Shown here in pieces: positions 38,129 through 47,962 of a stretch of 64,000 nt of DNA. The notes below the pieces were generated by a model. It saw only the letters and a program-made list of their open reading frames with translations, ran no database searches and had not been told where the DNA came from. Origin of the DNA: Candidatus Latescibacterota bacterium (GTDB lineage Bacteria; Latescibacterota; UBA2968; GCA-2709665); NCBI GenBank assembly GCA_965219995.1, contig CBDCOX010000002.1:480001-544000 (forward strand), given 5' to 3'. The first letter of the stretch is position 1; every line of letters begins with the position of its first letter. The translations under genes and the position numbers were made by a program.

Positions 38129-38944
38129 CTAGTGCAGACCGTTGAGGTAGTCCATTGATTTCCTGAGCTCGGATTTGGGGTCGCTCCCCCGCGGGATCCC
38201 GCATTCGAAGCCACAGTAATGACGATAGCCGATGTCTTCAAGAGCCCGGAGGGCAGGTCTGAAGTCGGTGTGCCCGTATCCCGGCAGGATTCGATTGCTG
38301 TCGGCCAGGTGCACGTTGGTGATCCGTTCGCCGCCGTTGCGAATGGCTTCCGCCATATCGGACTCTTCAATGCTCATATGAAAGAAGTCGGCCATGATGG
38401 TTACACCCGGACTGTTGACGGCGCTGCAGATCTCCAGCCCTTCCGCGAGCGTGCACGGCCACCACTGTTCGTACCGGTTGAGCGGTTCTATAATGACGCT
38501 GCACCCGCAGGATTCGGCGTGCGGGGCGACATCGCTCGCGAGAATGTCGGTGAGCAGGCCGAATTCCAGCTGTGCGGTGGTGGCATAGGGAGAGAGATCC
38601 GGAATTCGATGCCCATCCTGCAGCTTAATTGCGATCAGCGGCGGGAATATGACGCCGACGCCGCCAAGATCGCCACACAGTGTGAGCGCGTCCTTGAGGT
38701 CTTGCGTCGCCTGTCTTCGCTCCGCGAGCCTTGCATCCAGCAGCCCCATGGTTCCACGGATCGAAAAGATGTTCGGGGTTACCCCGGTTTCCGCCGACGC
38801 ACGCCGGATTTCGCCGGCGAACTCCACGGAACTGCTGCTTGTGATCTCGATGCCTTCGATGCCTGCGTCCGCGAGGTTCCGGAATTTCTCCTGGATGGAA
38901 TTTCCCGGCGCCATGTTTTCACGAATGGAGTATTTAAGCGGCAT
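38129..38944 (-). CDS. Sugar phosphate isomerase/epimerase (Hyi / tagatose 3-epimerase-like)
   Basis: IEPLNRYE, ADFFHMSIEE, VHLADSNR.LPG and GFEC motifs. Confidence 0.9.
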   Translation of the reverse strand: MPLKYSIRENMAPGNSIQEKFRNLADAGIEGIEITSSSSVEFAGEIRRASAETGVTPNIFSIRGTMGLLDARLAERRQATQDLKDALTLCGDLGGVGVIFPPLIAIKLQDGHRIPDLSPYATTAQLEFGLLTDILASDVAPHAESCGCSVIIEPLNRYEQWWPCTLAEGLEICSAVNSPGVTIMADFFHMSIEESDMAEAIRNGGERITNVHLADSNRILPGYGHTDFRPALRALEDIGYRHYCGFECGIPRGSDPKSELRKSMDYLNGLH

Positions 38945-39131
38945 AAGGATTTCCCGGAGTGGCTGGCCATCGGCACGTGAGTCGACCTGAAAGGGCGGCG
39001 ACCGCCATGCCGTCATGGGTGTCGCGCAATATAGTTTCTGTACCGCGGCATGTCAAGGAAAGCGCCGTCCGTTTTCGCGGGTCCGTTCGAACGCCGCGGG
39101 CAACGAACGCCGCGGTGATCGCCTCTGCGCA

Positions 39132-41684
39132 TCAATCTGCGCTGGAAGGGGTCAGCCTGGCGCTCCGAATCCGGTCAATCCGGAACGTCCGCTCGCCTTT
39201 GCGGTGCCTGCAATAGCCGCAGAGTACGCCGTGATCTTCAAAGATCGGCTTGATCGAACGGGATGAGGTCCCGGCGACGCGTTCGTCGTGGTAGTCGATT
39301 TCCAGGCCGAGCCGATGGTCGATAGCGTATCCGATGAGATATTTCACGTCGGCCTCGGCGGTGGCCGGATTCGCGCCCGGGTATTGCATAAGGGTCTCGA
39401 ATCCGTCGTGCGGCTGCCCGCTTCTGAACAAGGACTCAAAGGTCTCGCAATAGTCGCTCCTGGCGTCGCGGCACTCGCTGTTCGGAATGCTTCTCAGGTT
39501 TCGGCGGAGACGTCTCATCAGATGTTCCAGGCCCGCGGGCAGCGGAACCGATTTGGCGGCGAAGGTCTTTGCCGCGGATTCGAGAAATCCCGCCAGCAGC
39601 AACAGGTCCGGACCCTCCAACACCATCCGGTGTTGTTCTTCGTTTGCCTCTTCGGCAGTAATATTCGGCATATAGCCGCACCCGTTCAGGGCATCCACGA
39701 GATGTTCGACGCGCGTAGTCGGATCGATCGCAGCCGTTGTGGGCGAGAGTCGAACGCCCAGAAGGGATGAGATTTTGCTCTGTACGAAGAGTTCGTCCAT
39801 CAGTTCGGGCCGTTCGCTGACGAGATAGCCGGATGCCGGCGCGATTTCAATTTCACCGTGTCTGCTTTCGCACTCCTTGATCAGGGCGTCAACCACTTCC
39901 GGCAATCCGGTGGCGCTGTGGTCCCGAAGAAACGCTCTGAGCGTGACGCCGTCCCAGCCCCTGCTCATGGCCGTGTGAACGGATTGGGGCGACATCCGGA
40001 ATCTCGCCAGGACGTCGACTTCCTTGAGTTCCGCTATGGAAAAGAGCCGGATGTAAAGAGCGGATGGCAGATCCGGCGGAGAGAGGATTTCAAGGTTTGG
40101 TTGCAGTACGAAATTGCCGTCGGGACGGCCCGCATTTTCTGCCGGCGCGCACTCAGATTTACGTCCGTGGAGAAGCGCGGCGCCCGGGCCGGTCAGTTTG
40201 AAGACCCCCGGATGCCCCGGTTCGAGGACCTCGCCGAACGATTCAGGATTTCCCAGGCTGATCAGCCCCATCCATGTCAGCGCCGATACCAGGATGCGCC
40301 GAAGCAGTTCGTCCGCGCCGCCGCCGATCAGGTTCCGCCCGGACGGGGGACGTCCATCGAGATGGGCGAATGTCCGGGATCGGCGCGCCAGCAGAACGTA
40401 AAAATCCGGGTACGAAATCCAGCTGTTTTCGGGACAGCCGGCAAGGCAGTCGAGAAGGTCCCGGCGAAGGGCTTTCAGCGTGTCAATCCTGTTGCGGACC
40501 CGTGCGCCCGATCGTTCGGTGGTCCACTCGTTCCAGCGATCGGACTCGCGCCAGAGCCTGAGTACGGCGTTTCGGACGTCATGCGCGCGGGAAAGCCGGT
40601 CGGCGGCGTCTTCCGCGAGCCGCCACGTGCCTGCGTCGCAACGGATGAGTCCGGCATCTTCCGCAAACAGGAGCAGGAACTCGGAGTACCCGGGCTCCGC
40701 GTGTCCCCGGTAGTACTTGCTGACGTCCCGGAGTCGGGCCCTGGATACGCCGCCGTGTTTGAGTGCGCGCGGCCTGCGCTGCTCGATGAATCCGAGAAAG
40801 GTGCAGAGATCGGGTACCAGGCAGGACGCCTGCTCCCGGGTTCGGGAGGGGTTCGGTCCGTCGCTCGTGACGACCGCGTCGACCGTGTCCTCGATCCGGT
40901 CTTCGAGGGCCTGAATTTCAGGCTTCAGGTCTGAGGCAAGTCGGAGGGGTGTATCGGTCATGAGCCGGTCCGTGTTGTGGAAAAACAGCGGCGTCTTCCA
41001 GATCATCTCGTCCAGTGCACGAAGCCCGCCCTCTCCCATGGTACTCAGGATTTCATCCTGCGTGATCGCATCCCTGGCCAGTACATGATCGAGGATGGCT
41101 CTCTTGGCTTCCGGCAGATCGATGACGTAGGCGTGCAGATGATCCGGATCCAATAACCGCTTGCGAACTGCGCGCGCTACAAAAACGCGGCGGGAGTCTT
41201 CGAACCGGCAGCCCAGCTCGCTCGCAAAGGCGCGAAGCAGACCGATGGATCGTGATTGCATCACGCGGCGGAGCCGACCCTGATTCCCGGCTCCAATCGG
41301 GATTGCCTTGAGGACCGACTCCGGAATGCCGACCAGGCAGTGGTCCGTCCCGAGTGTTTCGACGTCTTCGAAGGCCAGACCGAGTTCGGAAACCGCGTCT
41401 TGCATGGCCTGGAAACGGTGGGTGAACCCCGCGCCCAACTCGTCGATGGCATCTTCCTTGAGCAGTTCGCCACCCTCTGCGGCGAGATTGACAACGTACT
41501 CCCTGTGCCCGGGCTGGAGCGCATCGAGTCGTTCGCGGACATGCGTCGGGTTGGAAAGATGGCGGCACAGCTGGTCTATCACCACCGACTTGTTGGCGCC
41601 GTGGTAAATCGGCAGGTCGGTCGATGCAGCGATGCGGTGGAGCCTGTCAGTGGGCTGGTGGCTGAGAACGGCTCGCAATTTCAT
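39132..41684 (-). CDS. Helicase-associated (Helicase_C_3 / XPB N-terminal-like) domain protein with C-terminal WYL domain
   Basis: FVLQPNLEIL...FRMSPQSVHTAMSRG...FLRDHSATGLP region; C-terminal LEIDY...GYCRHRKGERTFRIDRI; no Walker motifs seen. Confidence 0.8.
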   Translation of the reverse strand: MKLRAVLSHQPTDRLHRIAASTDLPIYHGANKSVVIDQLCRHLSNPTHVRERLDALQPGHREYVVNLAAEGGELLKEDAIDELGAGFTHRFQAMQDAVSELGLAFEDVETLGTDHCLVGIPESVLKAIPIGAGNQGRLRRVMQSRSIGLLRAFASELGCRFEDSRRVFVARAVRKRLLDPDHLHAYVIDLPEAKRAILDHVLARDAITQDEILSTMGEGGLRALDEMIWKTPLFFHNTDRLMTDTPLRLASDLKPEIQALEDRIEDTVDAVVTSDGPNPSRTREQASCLVPDLCTFLGFIEQRRPRALKHGGVSRARLRDVSKYYRGHAEPGYSEFLLLFAEDAGLIRCDAGTWRLAEDAADRLSRAHDVRNAVLRLWRESDRWNEWTTERSGARVRNRIDTLKALRRDLLDCLAGCPENSWISYPDFYVLLARRSRTFAHLDGRPPSGRNLIGGGADELLRRILVSALTWMGLISLGNPESFGEVLEPGHPGVFKLTGPGAALLHGRKSECAPAENAGRPDGNFVLQPNLEILSPPDLPSALYIRLFSIAELKEVDVLARFRMSPQSVHTAMSRGWDGVTLRAFLRDHSATGLPEVVDALIKECESRHGEIEIAPASGYLVSERPELMDELFVQSKISSLLGVRLSPTTAAIDPTTRVEHLVDALNGCGYMPNITAEEANEEQHRMVLEGPDLLLLAGFLESAAKTFAAKSVPLPAGLEHLMRRLRRNLRSIPNSECRDARSDYCETFESLFRSGQPHDGFETLMQYPGANPATAEADVKYLIGYAIDHRLGLEIDYHDERVAGTSSRSIKPIFEDHGVLCGYCRHRKGERTFRIDRIRSARLTPSSAD

Positions 41685-41834
41685 AAGGCACCGTAGGACG
41701 TTTCGTTGTCGAATCCGGAATTGTGCGCAACAAATGAAAAAAACCGACTTTCACACGCCGGTCGTTCATCCCGACGTCCTGTAACGGACAGCGATGGCCC
41801 GACGGGCGACCATCTTTCCCCTACAGGACGCTAA

Positions 41835-41995
41835 GAAGCTGTTTTAAAATTCCCGGTGAGTCCCGAGCGCGAGCGAAAAAGCGACGGTCAAGACGGTCAA
41901 ATCCGCCCATATTTAGCTATACGGGTGGTTTTGACCAACGCCGAACGGCGCGTTTACAGCCGCGCGAAGACCGCTGGGGATTTTGAAACAGCTTC
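41835..41995. mobile_element. MITE, 161 bp, IS5-like ends, TAA target duplication
   Basis: TAA-GAAGCTGTTTTAAAATTCCC ... GGGATTTTGAAACAGCTTC-TAA; internal hairpin GGTCAAATCCGCCCATAT/ATACGGGTGGTTTTGACC; no ORF. Confidence 0.8.
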
Positions 41996-42001
41996 TAAAG
42001 C

Positions 42002-42030
42002 AGTATATATTAATCAGTAAGCCTTGTCAA
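42002..42030 (-). promoter_or_regulatory. sigma70-type promoter facing the MITE and the WYL gene
   Basis: TTGACA (42030-42025)-17 nt-TATACT (42007-42002). Confidence 0.75.
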
Positions 42031-42152
42031 GCTGCAATGCCCGGGTCTGGCCTGAACAGAAGAGGGAGGGATTCCAGGCGATCGATTCGTATATTGTCTC
42101 GCCGTTTCTACCGTTGTTGCGCACGCAATACCGGAAATCACGTAAAGGACCG

Positions 42153-42752
42153 ATGCGACGAATTCACGCCCGGCAGGTTGCGGCGAGGACGCTATCGGCG
42201 GTATTCAGTCCCCCGCTGGCAGCGGCCGGCCTGTTGACGATGATGATCTGTCGGCTCCCTGCGCCACCGATGCAACGCGCCGGATGGCTGGCCGCCGGTT
42301 TGCTGTTTGCGACCTGTCTGCCGACGCTTTACGTGGGTCTTCTCGTCGCGCGCAGGGAGGTGGATGGATTCTATATAGGGGTGCGATCCCACCGGCAGAA
42401 GCCCCTGCTGGTGAGTTCCGCGAGCTGCCTTGCGGGGTTTGTCGTATTGTGGGCGACGGGTGCGCCCCCGCCGATACCTGGATTCCTGCTGGGCTGTTTT
42501 TTTCTCGGGCTGATTGCCGCCTGGACGAACGTGCGATGGAAGATCAGTCTGCACGCTGCGGGCGTGTGCGGCACCATGGCGATGCTGCATCTCCTGCTGG
42601 GACCTTCGTCCGTCTACTGGCTGCCGCTGCCGCTGGCGGTCTGTTGGGCGCGCGTTGTCATCGGCGCACACTCGATGAGGCAGGTTGCGGCGGGCTGCGG
42701 GGTGGGCTTTGTCGTTGTATGGGTTGTCGCCTTCATGTATATGAATGCCTGA
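42153..42752 (+). CDS. PAP2-superfamily membrane protein
   Basis: Multiple TM segments; KISLHAAG and WARVVIGAHS..QV (C2/C3-like motifs). Confidence 0.7.
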   Translation: MRRIHARQVAARTLSAVFSPPLAAAGLLTMMICRLPAPPMQRAGWLAAGLLFATCLPTLYVGLLVARREVDGFYIGVRSHRQKPLLVSSASCLAGFVVLWATGAPPPIPGFLLGCFFLGLIAAWTNVRWKISLHAAGVCGTMAMLHLLLGPSSVYWLPLPLAVCWARVVIGAHSMRQVAAGCGVGFVVVWVVAFMYMNA

Positions 42753-42780
42753 ACCGGGGCGTCGCAGGATTACGCAAGAG

Positions 42781-44012
42781 CTATTCAGCATATACTTCCG
42801 TGTCCTGCCAGAACGTGATCCAGGCAAACCAGAACGCACCGTGCCCGGGTATCTGCTCCAGCACGCTGTCTTCCAGGGGCCCCGCGATGGCCCTGCCCTT
42901 CAGGTCCCACGTGGACCCGGTCTCCCGGTCCCGCAACATGAAGGGGTAGGTCCGCGATGTAGACGGGACCCTGTCGAAGTTCAGGGTCTGCCGTGCGTAG
43001 TCCCGTCTGTAGGCGACGGCCATCCGCTCTGCGCCATACCATACCACCACGATGTTTTCTTCCGCCAGCGTGTCGTTGATCACCGCCATTTCGCCGAGGG
43101 CCGATGCGGGATATGCTTTCGCCTTCTCGATAAACCGAACCCCGAACGTGTGCTCCTTCGGCGAATAGAGCCTTGCGAGCGGATTGTCTTCAAGACGCGA
43201 AACACCCGGAACCGCGGCGCGGACTCGAGATCGCGATATAGTCCATAGGGATATATATTATAATCACTTGCGTCAAACGCGCCCGGTGTGTTTATACTGA
43301 TGACGAATGTGTCGGGATAGAGCTGTTTCCAGTATCGCCATGTGGTTTCGACGAATGGTGGCGTATTCAGGACCCATCCGGCCCTGACGCCCGAGATGCC
43401 GGTGTGGGTCATTTGGGGATAGCGAATCTGGTCGTCGTTCAGATCGTACATGATCAGGTTGTTGTTGAAGAGTTCTCCGGACGCGCCGAATTTGAGCCGG
43501 TTGATCGCACCTCCGCTCCACGCCGCGAATACGATGCCGCTACCGGTGAGCGGCGAGAATGTGACCGCGATGGGCTGGCCCCCGATGCGGTCGTTGACGA
43601 TCTGGTGGTACCACGCCATCTTGTGTGGGTAGGCTTTGGAAATGCCGTTCAGGCGCACGCCGATGACCAGGTCTTCGTCCGACAGATACCGGGCCTCGGC
43701 CGATGCGGCGGGAACGAACCGTGGATCGATCAGTGCCCGCGTTGCGTCCTTGCGGGTAACCTGCTCGATTCTGTCGTGGGGAAACGTCAGCGGGTTGAGA
43801 AAATTTCGCCCTGTGGAGTCGACGAGCCTGGCGCCCGTCGAGTCCGCACTGCCGCCGGCATCGTCCTGCAGGACGGTCTTGAACGTCCGGCCGCCGGAGC
43901 TTTCGGATTCGTCGGTTGAATCGACGGGTGTCTCTCCGCCGCACCTGAAGACGCCAATGAGAAGCAGGGCGAGGCAGAGGACGAATGGAAATCGTGAAAT
44001 AGAAGCCGTCAT
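42781..44012 (-). pseudogene. DUF3179-domain protein interrupted by a 1-bp frameshift near 43200
   Basis: Paralog of 46793-47962. After ...PRFRV, homology continues in another frame (SRLEDNPL..PKEHTFGVRF..AKAYP..AVINDTL...FWFAWITFWQDT). Confidence 0.8.
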
Positions 44013-44168
44013 GTCGACCTGCCATCGTCGCGGGTTTCGGCGCCTGCCGTTTCCAGCGACATGGACCCGGGTATGAAATCGCCGGGCGCAGCAGGCCCAT
44101 TCACGGCCTCAACTTGCCCGCCAATGCAACGGCCGGACGGAATCCGGGGGTATTCGTTCTGCCGGTCC

Positions 44169-44792
44169 CTACCTGAAAAACATCGATACGCCGACCGTCG
44201 CAACGTGACGGTTAAAGCGCTCGTCCCCGGTGAATAAAGCCACGTACGAGTATCGGGTGGTGAGTGCCGTCCGGTTGGAGAGCGCGCGCCTGAACCCGAC
44301 GCCACCGCCGACTTCGCTCACGCCGGACCACCCCCAGTAGTCTCTGGCGGCGAATGCCTCCAGGAACGGCCGGGTGCGTCTGTCCACTCTCAGCGGAATG
44401 TTCAGCCGATAGAAGCCTGACAGCGAGGAGCCGAATCCGTCCTCCGCGGACGCAGGATATCCGGCTCTGGTCTGCACGGGCGGCTGCGGCACTTCCATGA
44501 TATCCGTTCGATCTCCCCAGCGATCGTATGCCCGGTTTCCGACGACGAAGGCGCCGCCGACCTGGTGCAGCCGGCTCAACGCAACCCCGATCGACACGCC
44601 GCCCTGGTAGACCACCGAACCGTCGGAAAGACCGACCGACAGAATGGGTATGACCTCCAGGCGGCCCGCACGAACGGGATTCAGGGTCACGCCCGCTTCA
44701 CTTTCGGGTTCCTCTCCCGGAAAAATGTCGGCGTGCGCGGAGTGCGTCCAGGCCAACAGGCCGGCTGTCAGAAACACAACTGAGATTCTCAT
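44169..44792 (-). CDS. Putative small outer-membrane beta-barrel protein
   Basis: Signal peptide (..SAHA-D), amphipathic strands and C-terminal VGVSMFFR. Confidence 0.6.
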   Translation of the reverse strand: MRISVVFLTAGLLAWTHSAHADIFPGEEPESEAGVTLNPVRAGRLEVIPILSVGLSDGSVVYQGGVSIGVALSRLHQVGGAFVVGNRAYDRWGDRTDIMEVPQPPVQTRAGYPASAEDGFGSSLSGFYRLNIPLRVDRRTRPFLEAFAARDYWGWSGVSEVGGGVGFRRALSNRTALTTRYSYVALFTGDERFNRHVATVGVSMFFR

Positions 44793-44831
44793 GGTGCGAC
44801 TCCTTTCGTCAAAGAGTACTCGAACAGCTTG

Positions 44832-45596
44832 TCAGATACAACCCGGTATGGAGGCGCCCCTGACCAGCATGGCGTCGTTCTGTCCGACCGGGCCTGTAAA
44901 GCGGCATCTTGCGCTGACGTAGTGCGTGGCATATCCCCGCCGGCGCAGGTTGGTCCGATTCGGCCTGCTGCAGTGAAGAATCAGGCCATGATGAAAACTG
45001 CAACTCCCCGCTTTCAACTCGATGGCCCGTTCTTCCGGAAGTCTGCCGTCCAGCGACATCTGTTCATAGCCCGCCCATTCCTCCTTCGGGATGATCCCGA
45101 ACCGGTGGGTGCCCGGCAGCATCCACAGGCAACCGTTTTCCACCGTCGCGTCGTTCAGGGCGGCCCAGCAGGTAACCATATCGGGCGGGTCGATGTGAAA
45201 TCCGAGCGGCATATCCTGGTGGTAGGGTTGCCGGGAGCCGATTCTTGGGGGCTTCATGAACCACTGGTCCTGATAGAGCTTCAGGTCCGGACCGAGCAGG
45301 GACTCGATCACGTCCAGTACCTTCGGGTTGCGCGCATGGGCTTCGAATACGCCGTCGCAGAAAGCGAGATGGCTCATCTTTCGCAGAGAGTCCGCAACCG
45401 TGCCCGCCGCCGCCCTTCCTGCGTTCACCTCGGGCTCCAGCTGCAGGCGCTCGCTGGAGACATGCGGCGCACTGCCGCTCGCCACCCATTCGGCCCGTGC
45501 AAGGAGCGCAGAGACTTCGTCGGCGTCAAGCAGGTCCTCGACCACCAGCACTCCTTCTTCCCGGAACCTGTTCACCTGGGTTTCCGACAGTTTCAT
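44832..45596 (-). CDS. Phytanoyl-CoA dioxygenase (PhyH) family protein
   Basis: FMKPP, YHQD, ENGCLWMLPGTH and HCSRPN..RR motifs. Confidence 0.92.
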   Translation of the reverse strand: MKLSETQVNRFREEGVLVVEDLLDADEVSALLARAEWVASGSAPHVSSERLQLEPEVNAGRAAAGTVADSLRKMSHLAFCDGVFEAHARNPKVLDVIESLLGPDLKLYQDQWFMKPPRIGSRQPYHQDMPLGFHIDPPDMVTCWAALNDATVENGCLWMLPGTHRFGIIPKEEWAGYEQMSLDGRLPEERAIELKAGSCSFHHGLILHCSRPNRTNLRRRGYATHYVSARCRFTGPVGQNDAMLVRGASIPGCI

Positions 45597-45725
45597 CTCA
45601 ACCCCTTCTTTCACCGGGACCCGGGTGCGATACACCGGCAGCAGGCTCCCGCGCGTTGCCGTGCGTTGTCGAAAGTGCGCCGGAACCGTTTTCAGGTTGC
45701 CCGCGACGCACCGGATCGAAAACGT

Positions 45726-46685
45726 TCATTTCGCCAAGGGACTGTTGTTCCGGCGGAATGGATTTCCCTTATAAGAAAGACCGACGACCGCCATCCATCC
45801 AGCCGGATAGTTCCGGCCGGCGACGGAGATGTTTATGGCCGTTTCCATGGTAAACCCGCGAAAAGGCCCTAAGTTGATTACCGGAGAGACATAAGTGATC
45901 CTCTTGACGTCGGAGCGGATCGGGGTACCAAAGACGGTAGCAGCCTTGCCCCGGATGCCGTGGACCTTGATTCCGAACAGCGCGAGCCGGCGCACCTCGA
46001 AGCCGCCTTCTGCGATGAAGAACCACTCGTCGCCGGGGTCGCGGTCGATTTCACCGTTCCTGCGTCGCAGCCGATAACCGACGTCCGAACTGACGTATGC
46101 CGGTACCGGCCAGAAGGACCGGCCCAATTGAACGGCAGCGTCGAAATCCCACTGTCCTTCTCCGACGGGAATCAGCCCGTCTTCATTCACGAATTCGCCG
46201 GTCGGCGCCTTGAACCCCGCCTTGAACGTACCCACGGTGCGCCGGTTCAACAGCCTGACTTTCAGGAATCCTCGGATATCTCCGAAACCGGTTGCTCTCC
46301 GAGGTTCGCCGAAGCCGGTAAGGAGGGCGGCGTCCTGGTACTCCTGTCGGAAAAAGGGTACCTGAATTCCGACATCGACTCTGTCCGTTGCGCCGTAGAA
46401 GAGGTCGAAAAACAGGGCGCGGGAACGATACCTGCCGTCAAATCGATACCTGGCGCGGTTTCCTTCGTTGTACACCCTTCCGAGATCCGGCCCTCTTCCC
46501 GATCCGGCGGCGCCGACGTATTCTTCGTGGGTGGTCCAACCCAGGTAGGCGACCTTGCACCACACGTGATCCCCGGGCAGCGTCCAGGCCCCCGCGATCA
46601 CATTGCCGGGAATCTGGCAGGCGAAGAGTGCGAGAAAGGCGGCCGCGAGCGGCCTGCGGCGCACGGGGATCATGGTCCGGTCCAC
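45726..46685 (-). CDS. Putative outer-membrane beta-barrel transporter (phenol/MetA-degradation-like)
   Basis: Signal peptide then AGAWTLP; TGFGDI, KAPTG, PVGEGQWD and DPGDE motifs; amphipathic strands. Confidence 0.6.
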   Translation of the reverse strand: MDRTMIPVRRRPLAAAFLALFACQIPGNVIAGAWTLPGDHVWCKVAYLGWTTHEEYVGAAGSGRGPDLGRVYNEGNRARYRFDGRYRSRALFFDLFYGATDRVDVGIQVPFFRQEYQDAALLTGFGEPRRATGFGDIRGFLKVRLLNRRTVGTFKAGFKAPTGEFVNEDGLIPVGEGQWDFDAAVQLGRSFWPVPAYVSSDVGYRLRRRNGEIDRDPGDEWFFIAEGGFEVRRLALFGIKVHGIRGKAATVFGTPIRSDVKRITYVSPVINLGPFRGFTMETAINISVAGRNYPAGWMAVVGLSYKGNPFRRNNSPLAK

Positions 46686-46792
46686 AGGCGGGGCCCCGGA
46701 AGCGTATATATCCTCATCGATGCGGGATTTGCGGAAATGGCCAATTGTCCATCCGTGCCGACCCGGCGTGCCGGGCGTTCTGTGTGCGATGG

Positions 46793-47962
46793 TCAGGGCG
46801 AGTAGACCCCGGTGTCCTGCCAGAAGGTCGCCCAGGCGAACCAGAATGCGTTGTGTGCGGGAATCTGATAGAGCTGGCTGCCTCTGAGCTCACCCGCCAA
46901 TGCCCGTCCCAGAAGGTTCCAGGTCGTGCCGGTCTCCCGGTCTTTCAGCATAAAGGTGAACCGACGGTCTGAAGAAGGTACGCTCTCGAACGTCAGTGTC
47001 CGATTGCCCACGTCCCGTCGGAAGGGCAGGGCCATCCGGGCCGCGGCGTCATAGACCACGAGGACGTTTTCGTCCGAGATTCGATCGTTGATAACGGCCC
47101 GATCGTCGCCCATTCGGGAAAAGGGATAGGCCTTGGCGACGTCCCCGAATCGAACGCCCAGTACGATTTCCTTCGGCGGGAAATCGAAGATGATGGGATT
47201 GTCGTCCGGCTCCGGAAACAGGGGGAACAGCGGCGCCGACTCCGGGTTGCGGTAGCCGGTGTACGGATACGTTGTATACCGCTCCGTGCGAAACGTCCCC
47301 CTTGACGTGGAGCTGACGACCAGTGTGCCCGGGTACAGGCGTTTCCAGTTGCTCCACGTGGTTTCCACCACCGGCATCAACGTGAGTTCTTTTTCGGTAC
47401 CGAATCCTTTAATGCCGATGTGCGTCATCTGGGGGTACAGGGTGTCGTCATGGCGGCGGTCGTACATGACCAGGTTGTTATTGAACAGCAGGCCGGATAC
47501 GCCGAATTCCAGACGCTCGTCGTCCTCTCCCCGGCCGTCGAACACCATACCGGTCCCCGTGAGCGGGCACAACGTGACGACCACGTGCCGGTCGCCGGTA
47601 ACGTCGTTGACGATTTCATGGTGCCATCCGATATTGTGCGGGTAGGCCTTGGCGACGCCGTTGACGTAGAGGCCAAGTACGAGATCCTCGTCTTGCACGT
47701 ACGAGGCATCGGCGGACCGCTCCCGGACAAAATCCGGATCCGTAAGCGCGGGAATGCCGTCTTTGGCCACGCCTCCGCTGATCACGTGATTCATGGGAAA
47801 ACGCGAGACGTCCAGGAAGTTCTTCGACGGCAGCGCCGCGGTCCTGTCGTCGTTGCCTCCCCTTCCCGGCGGAGACTCCGGAGCGGAGGGATTCCTTTCG
47901 CCGCAAGCCGAGAATGCGCCGGCGATCAGGAACGGAACCGCGAGATGGCGGAGACGGATCAT
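46793..47962 (-). CDS. DUF3179-domain lipoprotein
   Basis: Lipobox FSA-C; SGGVAKDGIPAL, HEIVND, TLCPLTGT, FGVSGLL, NLVMYDR and FWFAW motifs. Confidence 0.88.
   Translation of the reverse strand: MIRLRHLAVPFLIAGAFSACGERNPSAPESPPGRGGNDDRTAALPSKNFLDVSRFPMNHVISGGVAKDGIPALTDPDFVRERSADASYVQDEDLVLGLYVNGVAKAYPHNIGWHHEIVNDVTGDRHVVVTLCPLTGTGMVFDGRGEDDERLEFGVSGLLFNNNLVMYDRRHDDTLYPQMTHIGIKGFGTEKELTLMPVVETTWSNWKRLYPGTLVVSSTSRGTFRTERYTTYPYTGYRNPESAPLFPLFPEPDDNPIIFDFPPKEIVLGVRFGDVAKAYPFSRMGDDRAVINDRISDENVLVVYDAAARMALPFRRDVGNRTLTFESVPSSDRRFTFMLKDRETGTTWNLLGRALAGELRGSQLYQIPAHNAFWFAWATFWQDTGVYSP

Noticed and set aside
41835-41995. 6S RNA interpretation of the paired-end 161-nt element
   Set aside because: TAA flanking duplication, IS-like TIRs and a second TIR copy at 54212 favour a MITE. 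A cmsearch with the Rfam 6S model would settle it.
46793-47962. Selenocysteine recoding in the DUF3179 genes
   Set aside because: The motif positions are ordinary Cys and Ser codons with no in-frame TGA.
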